DNA of 64,000 bases, taken from NCBI RefSeq assembly GCF_001194135.2, contig NC_069006.1, positions 17,555,048-17,619,047 of the forward strand, read 5' to 3'. Origin of the DNA: Octopus bimaculoides. Its lineage: Eukaryota. Under the pieces are notes generated by a model. That model was given only the letters and a program-made list of their open reading frames with translations, was not told where the DNA came from and searched no databases. A program made the translations under genes and the position numbers. Shown piece after piece: positions 38,704 to 51,400 of this stretch; the stretch's first letter is position 1; the number at the start of each line of letters is the position of its first letter.

Positions 38704-39524
38704 CTTTATTTATTTAAAAGCAGCTTGCACATTTCATGTGCTTACTCCGGTATATATATATATNNNNNNNNNNNNNNNNNNNNNNNNNNNNNNNNNNNNN
38801 NNNNNNNNNNNNNNNNNNNNNNNNNNNNNNNNNNNNNNNNNNNNNNNNNNNNNNNNNNNNNNNNNNNNNNNNNNNNNNNNNNNNNNNNNNNNNNNNNNNN
38901 NNNNNNNNNNNNNNNNNNNNNNNNNNNNNNNNNNNNNNNNNNNNNNNNNNNNNNNNNNNNNNNNNNNNNNNNNNNNNNNNNNNNNNNNNNNNNNNNNNNN
39001 NNNNNNNNNNNNNNNNNNNNNNNNNNNNNNNNNNNNNNNNNNNNNNNNNNNNNNNNNNNNNNNNNNNAGAAAAAGAATGAAACTATTCCTGTTGTTTAGT
39101 CTCTTTATGTAAACCATTGTGTGTGGTGGTGGTGGTGGTGGTGGTGTTTGTATGTAGTGACAATTGGGATAAGGATTACAATTGTAGCAATTAATATGTA
39201 AATTGGCTTTGTTGATTAAAGATTAACTTCACTAGATATTGCTTTTATATTATTGTTCTGACAAGTTTTATTTCCACCATGCACATGGATCCTCGCACGC
39301 ACACACACACACACACACACAATCACATACATATTCACATACATAGAAGCCAACATGAGAAAACTTCAACCTGCTATAAATAGTAGCCAAATCGTCCTAA
39401 GACCCTTAATTTAACCCTTTAGCATTTAATCTGACACAGTAGAGAGCCATTGTTTCTCACAGGTGTGTTTGTGTGTGTGTGTACATGGGTGGGGGATGCA
39501 TGTGGTGGAGGTGCTGCTGGTGGG

Positions 39525-39918
39525 TCAGTTATTAGACTTTCAGTCTACAGACTCAGGCCATACTGGGGCTGAGAAATTGAAAAATTTTTTAGTCAAATGA
39601 ATCAACCCCAGTACTTTGGGTTTATTTTATTTATTTTATTTTTTTTAAAGCCTGGGCACTTATTCCTTCTCTTTTGCTGAACTGCTAAGTTATGGGGATG
39701 TAAGCGCAACAACACTGGTTGTCAAGCAGTGGTCACACACACACACACAGGTGCACGTGCTAACATATATATGACAGGCTTGTTTCAGTTTCCATTTACC
39801 GAATCGGTCAGCTTGAGGCTATAGTTGAGACCCTTGCCCCCAAGGTCCATGCAATGGAACTGAACCCAGAACCATGTGGTTGGGAAGCAAACTTCCTGCC
39901 ACACAGCCATGCCTGCAC
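39525..39918 (-). mobile_element. Family A SINE, diverged
   Basis: Ends in CAGAACCATGTGGTTGGGAAGCAAACTTC...CACACAGCCATGCCTGCACC. Confidence 0.85.
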
Positions 39919-40532
39919 CGTGCTTAATAAAATTATATGGTTTTTAAAGTTTTTAGACTTTGCCAGCAGCAATGCAAGATTAATTACACAAATGCAAATT
40001 ATTATTTTACCTTCTCGTTAATAAAGACTGGAGTGGGGGTGTAGTAATATATTTTGAGGTGGGTGGGTTAGCAGGTGGCAAGGAATGGCTTGGTAATTGT
40101 CAGTTCCAGAACCACTGCTTTGAGCTGTCTTTAAAAAAGAATCAAACAAAAGCATCTGTTTCTTCACCAATATATATTTGAAATTAGTATTTTGTCTGTA
40201 TTTTGAAATATTTTATTATACATTTCTGCTGCTTGCATACTTTTTATAAGCGAAAATCTGGGATGGGAGTGATTGCTTTGGAGGGAGCTACTGTATAACA
40301 GCTAATTAATATGTAAATTGGCTTTGCCGTTTAAGCACCAACTTCTCTAGATAACGCTTAACATTACTGATCTAGCTGCAATCTCTTCTCTACTTACACA
40401 TATGCACGCATGCATGCACACACACACACACACACACACCTGGAAGCTTAATTTTCTTATCTACTAAATCTATTGGCGCAGTGTTCATTAAGTAATCAAT
40501 ACTATTGAACAGTATATACGTATGCACGTACG

Positions 40533-40569
<37 letters not shown>

Positions 40570-40744
40570 CCTCCATTCCAGTTTGGCTGCCCGTTCTGAT
40601 TAGTGAGTCATTAATTAAGATTAAAATCCGGATTCTCTTTCTCCCCCCCCCCTCCCAATGATAGAAAGACGAGAGAAAAAAAAATTAATAATTTTCTAAT
40701 TTAATTGAATAAGATTAACATGATAATAGAATTTATTATATTGC

Positions 40745-40779
40745 TGACCTTTGTACTGCTGTGTGACCTTTTGTGACCT
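40745..40779. promoter_or_regulatory. Candidate nuclear-receptor element: perfect DR4 plus a third half-site
   Basis: TGACCT at 40745, 40764 and 40774; the last two are spaced by 4 nt (reverse complement AGGTCAcaaaAGGTCA). Confidence 0.35.
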
Positions 40780-41415
40780 CTTTCCAATTATTTCCTTAAC
40801 TGTCTCNNNNNNNNNNNNNNNNNNNNNNNNNNNNNNNNNNNNNNNNNNNNNNNNNNNNNNNNNNNNNNNNNNNNNNNNNNNNNNNNNNNNNNNNNNNNNN
40901 NNNNNNNNNNNNNNNNNNNNNNNNNNNNNNNNNNNNNNNNNNNNNNNNNNNNNNNNNNNNNNNNNNNNNNNNNNNNNNNNNNNNNNNNNNNNNNNNNNNN
41001 NNNNNNNNNNNNNNNNNNNNNNNNNNNNNNNNNNNNNNNNNNNNNNNNNNNNNNNNNNNNNNNNNNNNNNNNNNNNNNNNNNNNNNNNNNNNNNNNNNNN
41101 NNNNNNNNNNNNNNNNNNNNNNNNNNNNNNNNNNNNNNNNNNNNNNNNNNNNNNNNNNNNNNNNNNNNNNNNNNNNNNNNNNNNNNNNNNNNNNNNNNNN
41201 NNNNNNNNNNNNNNNNNNNNNNNNNNNNNNNNNNNNNNNNNNNNNNNNNNNNNNNNNNNNNNNNNNNNNNNNNNNNNNNNNNNNNNNNNNNNNNNNNNNN
41301 NNNNNNNNNNNNNNNNNNNNNNNNNNNNNNNNNNNNNNNNNNNNNNNNNNNNNNNNNNNNNNNNNNNNNNNNNNNNNNNNNNNNNNNNNNNNNNNNNNNN
41401 NNNNNNNNNNNNNNN

Positions 41416-41485
<70 letters not shown>

Positions 41486-42069
41486 CTCTCATATACTTGG
41501 TGTTAGAGTATTTGGTTTGTATTGAATTATAATTGGTATTTTATTCTAACAACTGTAGAACTTAACTCCTAAGCTTAAAAATTGTCCACTTTCCATCCTG
41601 GCATGAGTTGGGCAGGTCACTATGGTTGGAATCAGCTCAAAATCAGCAGTGTTGCTCATCTAGACATGTCAGGAGGCCACATTTTGCTTAGGTGTTTCAC
41701 CTTTGCCTTCGTTTCTATGGCTGGGGTGCCCTTCCGAACATCAACCTCTTTACAGACAGTACTGGGTGTTTTTTCCCAGGCACTAACGCTAACGCCTTGC
41801 CTTCAACAAGACTAATGAGCTACTCTATACTTACCAATCGTACATCTATCCCCAAATCTCGACAACTCTACATCTACCCCTAAATTTAATAATACTGGAA
41901 CTGACTAAATCCATATAGTCCTTTATTTTTTTTTTCAATACCTTTTTTATTCTTTACTGTAAATGCTATTGATATTCATTGTGTCAGTTGCACGAGACAT
42001 GAGAAATTTGCTCTTAGTTTGCCAACAGCATCTTAGGTCTTATTATTATTATTATTATTGTTGTTATTA

Positions 42070-42390
42070 AAGTGGCGAACTGGCAGACTTGTTAGCACGC
42101 CAGACAAGATACTTAGCAGCATTTTGTCTGCCTTTACGTTCTGAGTTCAAATTCCGCCAAGGTTGACTTTGTCTTTCTTCCTTTTGGGGGTCGATAAACT
42201 AAGTACCCGTCAAGTACTGGGGCTGATGTAATAGGCTATCCCCCTACCCACAAATTCCAGGCTTTGTGTCTATAGTAGAAAGGATTATTATTATTATTAT
42301 TATTAAACAGTGAGTTGGCAGAAATGTTAGCACACTGGACAAAATGCTTACTGGTATTTGAGCTCAAATTCCGCCAAGGTCAATTTTTAG
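42070..42390 (+). mobile_element. Family B2 SINE plus a truncated second B head
   Basis: GTGGCGAACTGGCAGAC...GAGTTCAAATTCCGCCAAGG...GGCTTTGTGTC; a second head starts at about 42303. Confidence 0.8.
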
Positions 42391-42393
42391 TAC

Positions 42394-42581
42394 GTTTACT
42401 TTTATCTCCTTTCACCATCTTTTCCCTTTCTTTCCTTCATCTTTTTATGTAAACCTCTACACAAATTGTATTGTCCTTGTGATGTCCCCTTCATCTATAC
42501 CCCTGTGGCAAATAAAAGAAATCATCATTGTTATCATTATTGTTATTAATCACAAAATTGTTTCTTGTTCTCCCTGCCACT
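42394..42581 (+). repeat. 188-bp dispersed direct repeat, copy 1 (copy 2 at 45098-45285)
   Basis: 187/188 identical by visual alignment (TTGTA vs TTATA). Confidence 0.9.
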
Positions 42582-43150
42582 TTTCAATGACAGTAGCAGT
42601 TAGTAACCCCTGAATGAAACTGCTTCTCCATTAGTTTGATTGAGGATTCAATTGAAAAATGAAAAGCAAATCAAACTTGAAGTAGATTTTGCTCCAGGAT
42701 TGTAATGTCTTTCTCTTTTAAAGGAAATTTTGGAGAAATATTAATTTTCCTAATGAGCTTTCACATGAGTCATGCTGGAGGCGGTACACAAGATGAGAAC
42801 ACTGTACTAGTTTGACTATTGTGTAAACCCTGTCTTGCTTGCAGCAATTTATTATCTAAGGTGTCCTATTGAAATGCAGGTTTCCTTCACATATGATGTT
42901 TTACTTTTTGTCAGTTATGTTGTCTTACCACCTGTCTCCCAATCAGGAATTTCGATAATGATAAATTGTCAGGTTTTTTTCTATGTGAGGTTTTCAGAAA
43001 TATCTTGTATATACAGTGTGTGTGTGTCTTTTCTGTCGTTCTTTTTTTTCTTCTTCTCTTTTTTCAATTATTCAGTTTCCTTTGTCTATGTGTATATTTA
43101 TGTGTGCGCATGTATATAAATATGTGTATATGTGTGTATATATATATATT

Positions 43151-43440
43151 CATCTTTTAACGTCCATTTTCCATGCTGGCATGGGTTATACAGTTTGATC
43201 AGAGTTGGCAAGCAGTAGAGCTGCACCAGGTTTCAGCAGTCTGATTTGGCTTGATTTCTATGGCTAGATGCCTTCCCTAACACCAACCACTTTACAGAGT
43301 GTGTTGGATGCATTTTCTGTGGCACCAGCACAGGCACTTTTTACATGGCACTAGCACAGGGCTCCTTCAGGCCAATCCTCTTCAGCAGTTGGAGCAGCAT
43401 TAACACTTCTGCTGTGGAGGACAGGTCTCCTTGGGAACAT
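43151..43440 (-). mobile_element. Family C repeat, diverged
   Basis: CATCTTTTAACGTCCATTTTCCATGCTGGCATGGG...GATGCCTTCCCTAACACCAACCAC. Confidence 0.75.
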
Positions 43441-44158
43441 ATCTATGTATACCTTAACTTATATTGGTATTTGCTTCCAAGACCTGCAACTTATAAAAAC
43501 ACATAGCACAAAAAGTATTTAAAAACTTTATTAGCTTATATATAACTGTTTTGTACACATTTCTTCACATGTGTTTTATTTGTTTTTCCACTTCAGTGTT
43601 GGATTTTAAGTGGCTTTTTTTTTATTGTTATGCTTCTAAACTTGTTTGCTGAGACCAATGTAAAGTCAAGTAACTCAGCTGATGTAGTGATTGTTTGTTT
43701 TTTTTCCCATTAATTTCTTTAAAAAAAAACAATGTAAAATCAAAAGAGACTCAACTCGAAATGGCATAAGTTGAGGTGTGCCTGTTTATGCATTTGTAAA
43801 TGTAGATTATGTATAACCATTATATATATATGTATTATCAATATCAATGTGTGTATGTGCATGTGTGCACGCGCCTGTAACCCCCCCCCCCGCCTCATGA
43901 CCTATTTCCAAACAAATCACTAATTATTAGGGGTAGGAACATATCTAATTGATACCATAAGGACCATTTTTCTCATGTCATCAAAATTAAGCCCAAACAA
44001 TCTGGATGTGATAAACTGAACGGAGTAAATCATAGGAATGTTGACATTTGGCTTGTGTAGCAATTAGTGTATTCTGGACATCGGTCATTTGGTTGTGTTA
44101 TCTAAGTACACTGTCCTTTCTCTGCTCTCTCTCTCTCTTTCTCTCTTCCTTCCTTATC

Positions 44159-44198
<40 letters not shown>

Positions 44199-44856
44199 TC
44201 CTTCCTTCTCTTCTCTCTCTCTCTCTCTTTCTCTCTTCCTTCCTTCTCTTCTCTCTCTCTCTCTCTCTGCTCCCCCCCTCTCAATTATATTACTGCGTCA
44301 CTGCACAGCTTTATTTTCTCTGTGGCTTATATTTCACAACTGTTTAGTCTGAGTCAGTTATTTTGTATTCCAATAGTCTATCAATTTACTTTCTCCATTT
44401 CACACCTCCTGCTCCCACCGTGTGTGTAGATGAATGTATGTATATATGCGTAAATATGTGTGTGTGTGTATCTATATACATACAAACATTATCACACTGG
44501 TAATTATGCACACGCACACACACACAGTAAATTCTTTCTGTTGTTTAATTGTGATTTGATTGAGATTTTCTGGTAATTTGGTAAATAATTTGTTTTCCAA
44601 CATTGCTTGGGAGTCTATAATGTAAGGAGTACTAAATAATCATGGCTAACGACATTCTTTAGCAATAATCATGCTGCCTTTGCTGTTGTTATCATATTGT
44701 AAAGTGTGTGTGTGTGTGTGTGTGTGTGTTAATTGGGAACACATGTGTAAAACACAAATGGAAATACATGTAAAATACTAATAAGATAAAAAGAACAGAA
44801 AAAATTAAATGATAGTTACATAGAACTTACTGTGGTATTGAACCTATATATCTTAT

Positions 44857-45056
44857 TTAACTCTTTAGTATTCAGATTACTCTAAAAAATGCAATGCTTT
44901 CATATTTACATTATTTTGAATTACTCTTGCATTTTACTCTTTACTTTAGGAATGACATTGTAGGGTAAGTGTAAGAAGCCAGATCTGGCTAATGTAAGCA
45001 TAAAATAGGAACACTATTTGGGTCAGATATGATTGGTTTAAATACTAAAGAGTTAA
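44857..45056 (-). mobile_element. Family D TTAA-MITE
   Basis: TTAACTCTTTAG...CTAAAGAGTTAA termini. Confidence 0.75.
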
Positions 45057-45730
45057 CCCTTCACTAATGTTACTCATATTGCTGTTTGCATTCATTTGTT
45101 TACTTTTATCTCCTTTCACCATCTTTTCCCTTTCTTTCCTTCATCTTTTTATGTAAACCTCTACACAAATTATATTGTCCTTGTGATGTCCCCTTCATCT
45201 ATACCCCTGTGGCAAATAAAAGAAATCATCATTGTTATCATTATTGTTATTAATCACAAAATTGTTTCTTGTTCTCCCTGCCACTGTTAGTTTAAATGCA
45301 TATGCTGACTCTCCAATAGGAGAAGGGCTTTTACTTGCTAATTTGACCTGCTAGAAACAGCAGTTAAATTTCCCTCAGATTATAGCTTGCTGTCATTAGT
45401 GAGGAAAGAAATATGCTGGATAATGTAGTCTTAAAGATGATCTGGACATGGTTGGAATACATTTAATCATAGTTTTTGACCTAACCTGAATTAACCTGAG
45501 ATTAAACAACCTATGAGGTTAGGGTTATATCTTCTGATCTGTACTCTTTTACTAGTTTCAACAATGGACTGTAGCTGTGTGTACGCATAATAAGGGACAC
45601 AAAGAAACCGTAAACTATGCAAGTCCAGAGCCTTCTCCTTGACTTCAATCCCAACAGTCTCTGGGTTACAAGTTTATGCTTGTTAAGTTGAACAGCTCCA
45701 TCCTTCACTGTGTATGTTTTTTAAAAAGTT

Positions 45731-46082
45731 TTTAACGGACTGAACAAAGTTCTGTTACTGGTATGAAGTATGATAGGAGGTGCTATTGTTGTTGTGTAAC
45801 ATCAGGCTGATTGTGACTGAGCAGACCAATGGCACTTAGATGTGGAAATGCTTGACAAGAAGGCAGTCTTAGTTAAAATGTTATGCAAAGGAGGAAACTT
45901 TNNNNNNNNNNTTTAACGGACTGAACAAAGTTCTGTTACTGGTATGAAGTATGATAGGAGGTGCTATTGTTGTTGTGTAACATCAGGCTGATTGTGACTG
46001 AGCAGACCAATGGCACTTAGATGTGGAAATGCTTGACAAGAAGGCAGTCTTAGTTAAAATGTTATGCAAAGGAGGAAACTTT
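45731..46082. other. Probable assembly artefact: identical 171-bp duplicate either side of a 10-N gap
   Basis: 45731-45901 is identical to 45912-46082. Confidence 0.85.
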
Positions 46083-46156
46083 AAGGTGCACCAAAGAGAA
46101 GAGAAGATGGTACTAAATATAGAGTGACAATACTAGAAGAAATTTAAAAAAAAGGG

Positions 46157-46375
46157 GGCAAGCTGACAGAATTGTTAGCACACTGGGCAAAATGTTTAGT
46201 GGCATTTCATCCCTCTTTTTATGTTCTGAGTTCAAATTCCACCGAGGTTGACTTTGCCTATTATCCTTTTGGGGGTCAATAAAATTACGTATCAATTGAG
46301 CACTGGGGTTGATGTAATCGACTTATCCCTCCTCCAAAATTGCTAACCTTGTGCCAAAATTTGAAACCAATATTA
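46157..46375 (+). mobile_element. Family B2 SINE
   Basis: B head and core with the tail CCAAAATTGCTAACCTTGTGCCAAAATTTGAAACC. Confidence 0.85.
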
Positions 46376-46728
46376 GAAGAAATAAGAAAGAAATCTTTTC
46401 ATGAAAACTGTATGTAAAACATGTAATAAGGTTAATGAGAAAAATGTCTGTATATCGTTTAACCACCAAGTTCATCTCCCAATATCAGTCAATATTTATG
46501 TAATAAATAATAATAACCAGTCTGTATGTATTCAAAAGCTATAATTTAACTTGTTGAGGTTTCTAAGATTTGTATCAATAAAAATAACCATACATCATTA
46601 TTTCCAGCTCAGCTATTTTTTAAAACATCTTCGTCCATTGTTGTTGTTATTGTTTGTCAAAAGTAGTTTACGTACAATGAAAACCATTTTAGGCTTATTC
46701 CTTTCTAAAAGATTCATTCCATCAATAA

Positions 46729-46960
46729 CAGTAGTTCTCAACTGGGGGACATATGGACCATATATGATTTACTTGTTAAATTTTATGTGCAATAAATTGA
46801 TTGTACTTCTACAGTACACAAAATATGTTTACAATTTTTTTTCATATACTATTCCTGATAGAATTATAAAATATATGATTTTTTAGACATTGAGTGGCCA
46901 TGGAGGTCCTATAGAGTAAAATAGAAATCAAAGGGGTCCATAGATGTGGAAAGCAAGTTC
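46729..46960 (+). mobile_element. hAT/Charlie-like MITE remnant
   Basis: Begins CAGTAGTTCTCAACTGGGGG, resembling the CAGTGGTTCTCAAC hAT-Charlie TIR. Right end is decayed. Confidence 0.55.
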
Positions 46961-47056
46961 CATAGATTTTCTTCATTGAATGGACTTTGCTAACTTTGTC
47001 TCTTGGAACCAGAGGTGTGTGGTCGGTTGGTTGGTTGGTATGTATTAACACAGGTA

Positions 47057-47452
47057 CCTCTTTAGCATTCTGATTGTTCTGTCAAATATTTATGTCTTCA
47101 CATTGTTTTGAATTAATCATACATTATCTCGTATCTTTTGAGATTTCAATATGATTTTTAGAATGACATAGAGTAGGAGGTATAAGGGTGTCAAATCTGA
47201 CCAGTTTGAACATATAACAAGCAGAGTACTTTTGCCAGCTATGGCTGGTTTAACCCTTCAGCATTCAGATTATTTTGTCGGATGTAATGCTTATTTATTC
47301 ACATTGTGGTTTTGAGATTTTGATGATGTGGTTGTATATTTTTTAGAATAACATTGTAGGATAGGTGTAAGAGGCTAGACCTGGCCAGTTTGAACATAAA
47401 ACAGGTAGAATACTTGGGCCGGATAAGGCCAGTTTAAATGCTAAAGGGTTAA
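47057..47452 (-). mobile_element. Tandem family D MITE dimer joined at an internal TTAA (47250)
   Basis: The second copy, TTAACCCTTCAGCATT...AATGCTAAAGGGTTAA, is intact; the first lacks its last ~15 bp. Confidence 0.8.
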
Positions 47453-48233
47453 GGAGAAATATGCCAGGCTTGTTTTAGAACTTGATTTGGTTGTCTGTTG
47501 TACCAACAGTAGTGATCAATGACGTATTAAGATCTAGTTACCATATTTCTCTTCTGTTGGAATAAACTCTAAAACTTTCTCCTCCTGGCTGATTTATTGT
47601 TATAGCATTGGTCAGTTCTTAACAATAAATTTACATGTTAGCATTTCCTTGTGTAGAGAACAACAAAATAAGGTGTGGTGGTGGTTGTTGTTATTGTTGT
47701 GGTTACTGTGATGGTGGTATCTGTTGGAAGGGATAGTGTTTGTTGGCGTTGTTGGTGGCTGTTGGTACAGATAGTGTTTGTTGGCGTTGCTGGTGGCAGT
47801 GCCAGTTGTTCTATTGATGGTGCTGGCTGTTGATGGTAGGGGTGGTGGTGTTGCTGTTGTAGTTCATACAGCTGTTGCAAGGTGAGGGCGTGGGTAGGGG
47901 GGCAGGGTTGTGGAGTTTGCTTATTTATTGCACATGTTATGAGTAAGATAGACCAGTTTAAAATATCTGGCTAAACTGTTGACTCGTTGGTAGTAATTCA
48001 ACAGAAAGTAACTGTCAAAATCCAATAAATCTAATTGTTAATATAAGTTGTCATCATCATCATCATCGTCATCGTCATTATTGCCACCATCACTGCCGCC
48101 GCCACCACAGCAGCAGAACTCTCTTCAAATATTCATGGTTTGTTATTATTAATCTCATAGAATCTATTCAGTTTTCTTTTGAGGTGGGGGGGGTAGTTTC
48201 CTTCCTCAAAATTGTTTTGAGAAATTGAGAGAG

Positions 48234-48450
48234 GAGGGGGATGTCAAAGGGGAGGAGGAGGAGGGGGATGTCAAACAGTGGTAGTCTTTAAATAAAGCAC
48301 TGACAGTTATCAAACATGAACACNNNNNNNNNNGAGGGGGATGTCAAAGGGGAGGAGGAGGAGGGGGATGTCAAAGGGGAGGAGGAGGAGGGGGATGTCA
48401 AACAGTGGTAGTCTTTAAATAAAGCACTGACAGTTATCAAACATGAACAC
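48234..48450. repeat. G-rich 27-bp VNTR assembled twice around a 10-N gap
   Basis: Unit GAGGGGGATGTCAAAGGGGAGGAGGAG. The right-hand version has one more unit than the left-hand version, with shared downstream sequence. Confidence 0.8.
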
Positions 48451-49213
48451 TAATAAATTATGATAGGGCCTAGCACTGTGTGTGTGTGTTTAGTACTAAT
48501 GTACCTAATATTTTCCCTTGCCCCCTGTGATGTATATGACATTACTGATATTCTTAACAATGGTGATGACATGTGTGTGCATTTATGTGCATGCATGCAC
48601 ATGTGCATGATCTCTCAGTCTCTCTCTCTCTATTTGTTTATCTAACATTCTATTTAACTATTTATCTATCAATCTATACACACACACACACACAGTATAC
48701 GTAGTTATACATTGAATAAACACCTATAAGCATTTGATGTAGAATTCTATACATAATGTAGAGTAGGTCCTTTTGTGATGTGTGTGAAAATACATTCTCA
48801 CATACACATACATTGTGTGTGTGTGTGTGTGTATGTATATATATATATATATATATATGTGTATATATATATATATAGTGTGTATGTGCATGCTGGAAGA
48901 TGCAATATGTAACCAAAAGTTAGAGTTCAGTTGTACATTCCACACTCCATTCATGTATTCAATGTGGTTAAGTGAAAGGCATTGAACCATGAAGTAGGTT
49001 AGTGCGGGAAATGCAAACCGCATAATATTTTTTTTTATTGTTAGTATATACATGTATAATATAATTTTTTTCAGTGTCAAAGGAAATTGTTAGAGCTCTT
49101 CCGGATGGGAGTTTTTGTATTTCACTATTTCACTTGGCTATTGCCATACTAATAATCGGGTGTAGAGCTCTATATACATATGCTTCAGAACAATGTGTTA
49201 GTCAAGAGTGGTA

Positions 49214-49399
49214 ATAAGAAAATGAGATGACAAAGGACCCAAATAAATTGCACTTCATATTTGAGGCTCTGACTAAGCGATAAGATGTTATTCTGGCACC
49301 ACTCTACCATGAGTCCACTGTATCTTATAGCAGAAACAGCTGTAAGCTATTGAAGTTCATAAGATAATCGTTTATTCCTTTGTCATCTCATTTTCTTAT
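49214..49399. mobile_element. 186-bp MITE-like element with perfect 24-bp TIRs
   Basis: ATAAGAAAATGAGATGACAAAGGA (49214-49237) and its exact reverse complement (49376-49399). Confidence 0.8.
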
Positions 49400-50426
49400 A
49401 TAATGTAAGGTAATATAATTATAGTATAATATCATTTAATTTATTATATTACTATGTCATGGAGTCCCATGTCCTCTGATATAGAATTTCAGAGTTTCCA
49501 TTGCAAGTATGAATCATCTAATTTCATTTGCCTTGCTAAGGGGGTCCTTAAGAAAGGCACTCCCCCTTTGTTTTTTCTTTGCTCTCCCTCTCCTAAATAT
49601 CTTAGTCTACTATAACAAAAAACAAGTTCTCTCTTTCCCAAATTTTAGTTTTCTCATCTGGAACTGAATCTTTATCTTTGTTTTTGTTTGGTTTGCATCA
49701 TTTTTTTTTTTTTATTGTAGTTCCTCTTAATTTAGTTAAAAAGCAGTGGTTTCACACATTCCAGTTTCTAATTAACAAACAGTTCAATTCCTTGCTGTTA
49801 CACGATAAACTCCCCCCACCTCTCTCTCTGTTTTCTTCTGCTCACATTTCTAAAAGGTCTTGACATCTTTTCAACAGTTTACCACCTTCACTGTACTTTC
49901 TACAGAAGAATGCTGAGTGGAATTATTAGGAAAGTTTCTGGATAGCTTTTGGGCAGGAAATGATGTTTCAGCTCTAGTGTTATCTCTCCACTGTGTAATT
50001 ACGATATCCAAATACTTGGTGCTATTTTCAAAACTAATTAATATCCTGTAATATCGTTGATATTGATCAGATAAATTGACATCTTTCTTTTGTCCAGTTA
50101 TTTAATATGTTGCTGTTGATTAGCCTCTGGTCAACCCTGATCAAGTAGACTTGCGATCAAACACATTTCCAACTGAGATGACAACCATCTCCATCGTCTT
50201 ATTTATATAAGCCTGCCTTCTTCAATATATCATTCCCTTTTTTCTTTTTCTTCTTGAGACAGTAGTGTGTGATTAAGTGCTATATTTAGCAACTTGTGTT
50301 ACTCCTGGATGTTCTTTTAATCTCTTGCTTGTTTCAGTCTATAAAATGTTAGAATGTGGCCATGCTGGGGCACCATCTCGAAGTGTTTAGTTGAATAGCT
50401 GACTCCAGTACATTTGTTTTTTTTTT

Positions 50427-51083
50427 ATAACCCATTAGCATTTAAACAAGCCATATCCTGTCCAAAATATTTTATCTGCTCCCTGTTTAAACTGGCCATA
50501 TCTAGCCTTTCACACCTTCCTGACATAAATAATCATATCATTGGAATCCCAAAGCTACAAGATAATTCCTGATTGAAAACAATGTGAATAAATGTGCATT
50601 ATATTTGACAGAATAATATGAATTCTATTTATTCTTTTGGCCTCTTTTGTCTTCAAGATTTGCTAAGCAGGGACATGTAAGAAGTGATCTTTGTCACCTT
50701 TCTAACCATTGAAGGTTACTCTAAAACAATTTTTAAATATATTATTTGTGCCTGTGTGATAAGAAGTTTGCTTTCCAACCACATAGTTCCAGATTCAACC
50801 AAGTTGTGTGGCACCTCGAGCAAGTGATTTCTACTAAAGCCTGTCCAAAACCTCAGTGGACTTGGTTGGCAGAAACTAAAAGAAGACTGTTATGTATATT
50901 TATGTGGGGGGGGTTTGAGTTTGTACTCCACCACCATTTGACAACTGGAACTGGTTTATTTATGTCTCTGTAGCTTAGTAGTTCAACAGAAGACACTGAT
51001 AGAATAAACACCATTAGTTTGTCTGCCCTTTTCAGTATAGCTGCAGTCCAATGACTGGAACATGTAAAAGATAAAGATAAAAG
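50427..51083 (+). mobile_element. Family D MITE (about 50427-50630) and family A SINE (about 50749-51083)
   Basis: Homology to the other D and A copies. Confidence 0.75.
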
Positions 51084-51400
51084 ATTGTATTTTTCTGAGA
51101 TTGATATTTACTAATTTGTGTGATTTTCTTATATTTTCTTTGTTTTTGTTTTTTTTTTAATTCCTAACTAATCCAATTATTTCTTCTATTTTATTTTAGG
51201 TAAGTCGTTTAGCATTGGATTTTCATTGGATTTATTTTCAAGCAATTCATACCACAATACCATATACAACTTGTGACACTTTAGTTGTGAGTAATTTTCA
51301 ATTGTGTAGAACACTTCAAGTAAGTGGAGATCTTTTTAACACACAATTCTATTATATTTTTGTTAATTTAATATCCCCCCCCCACACACACACACACACC

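Noticed and set aside
45731-46082. Exact 171-bp tandem duplication
   Set aside because: Identical copies straddle a 10-N gap, typical of unmerged contig overlap.
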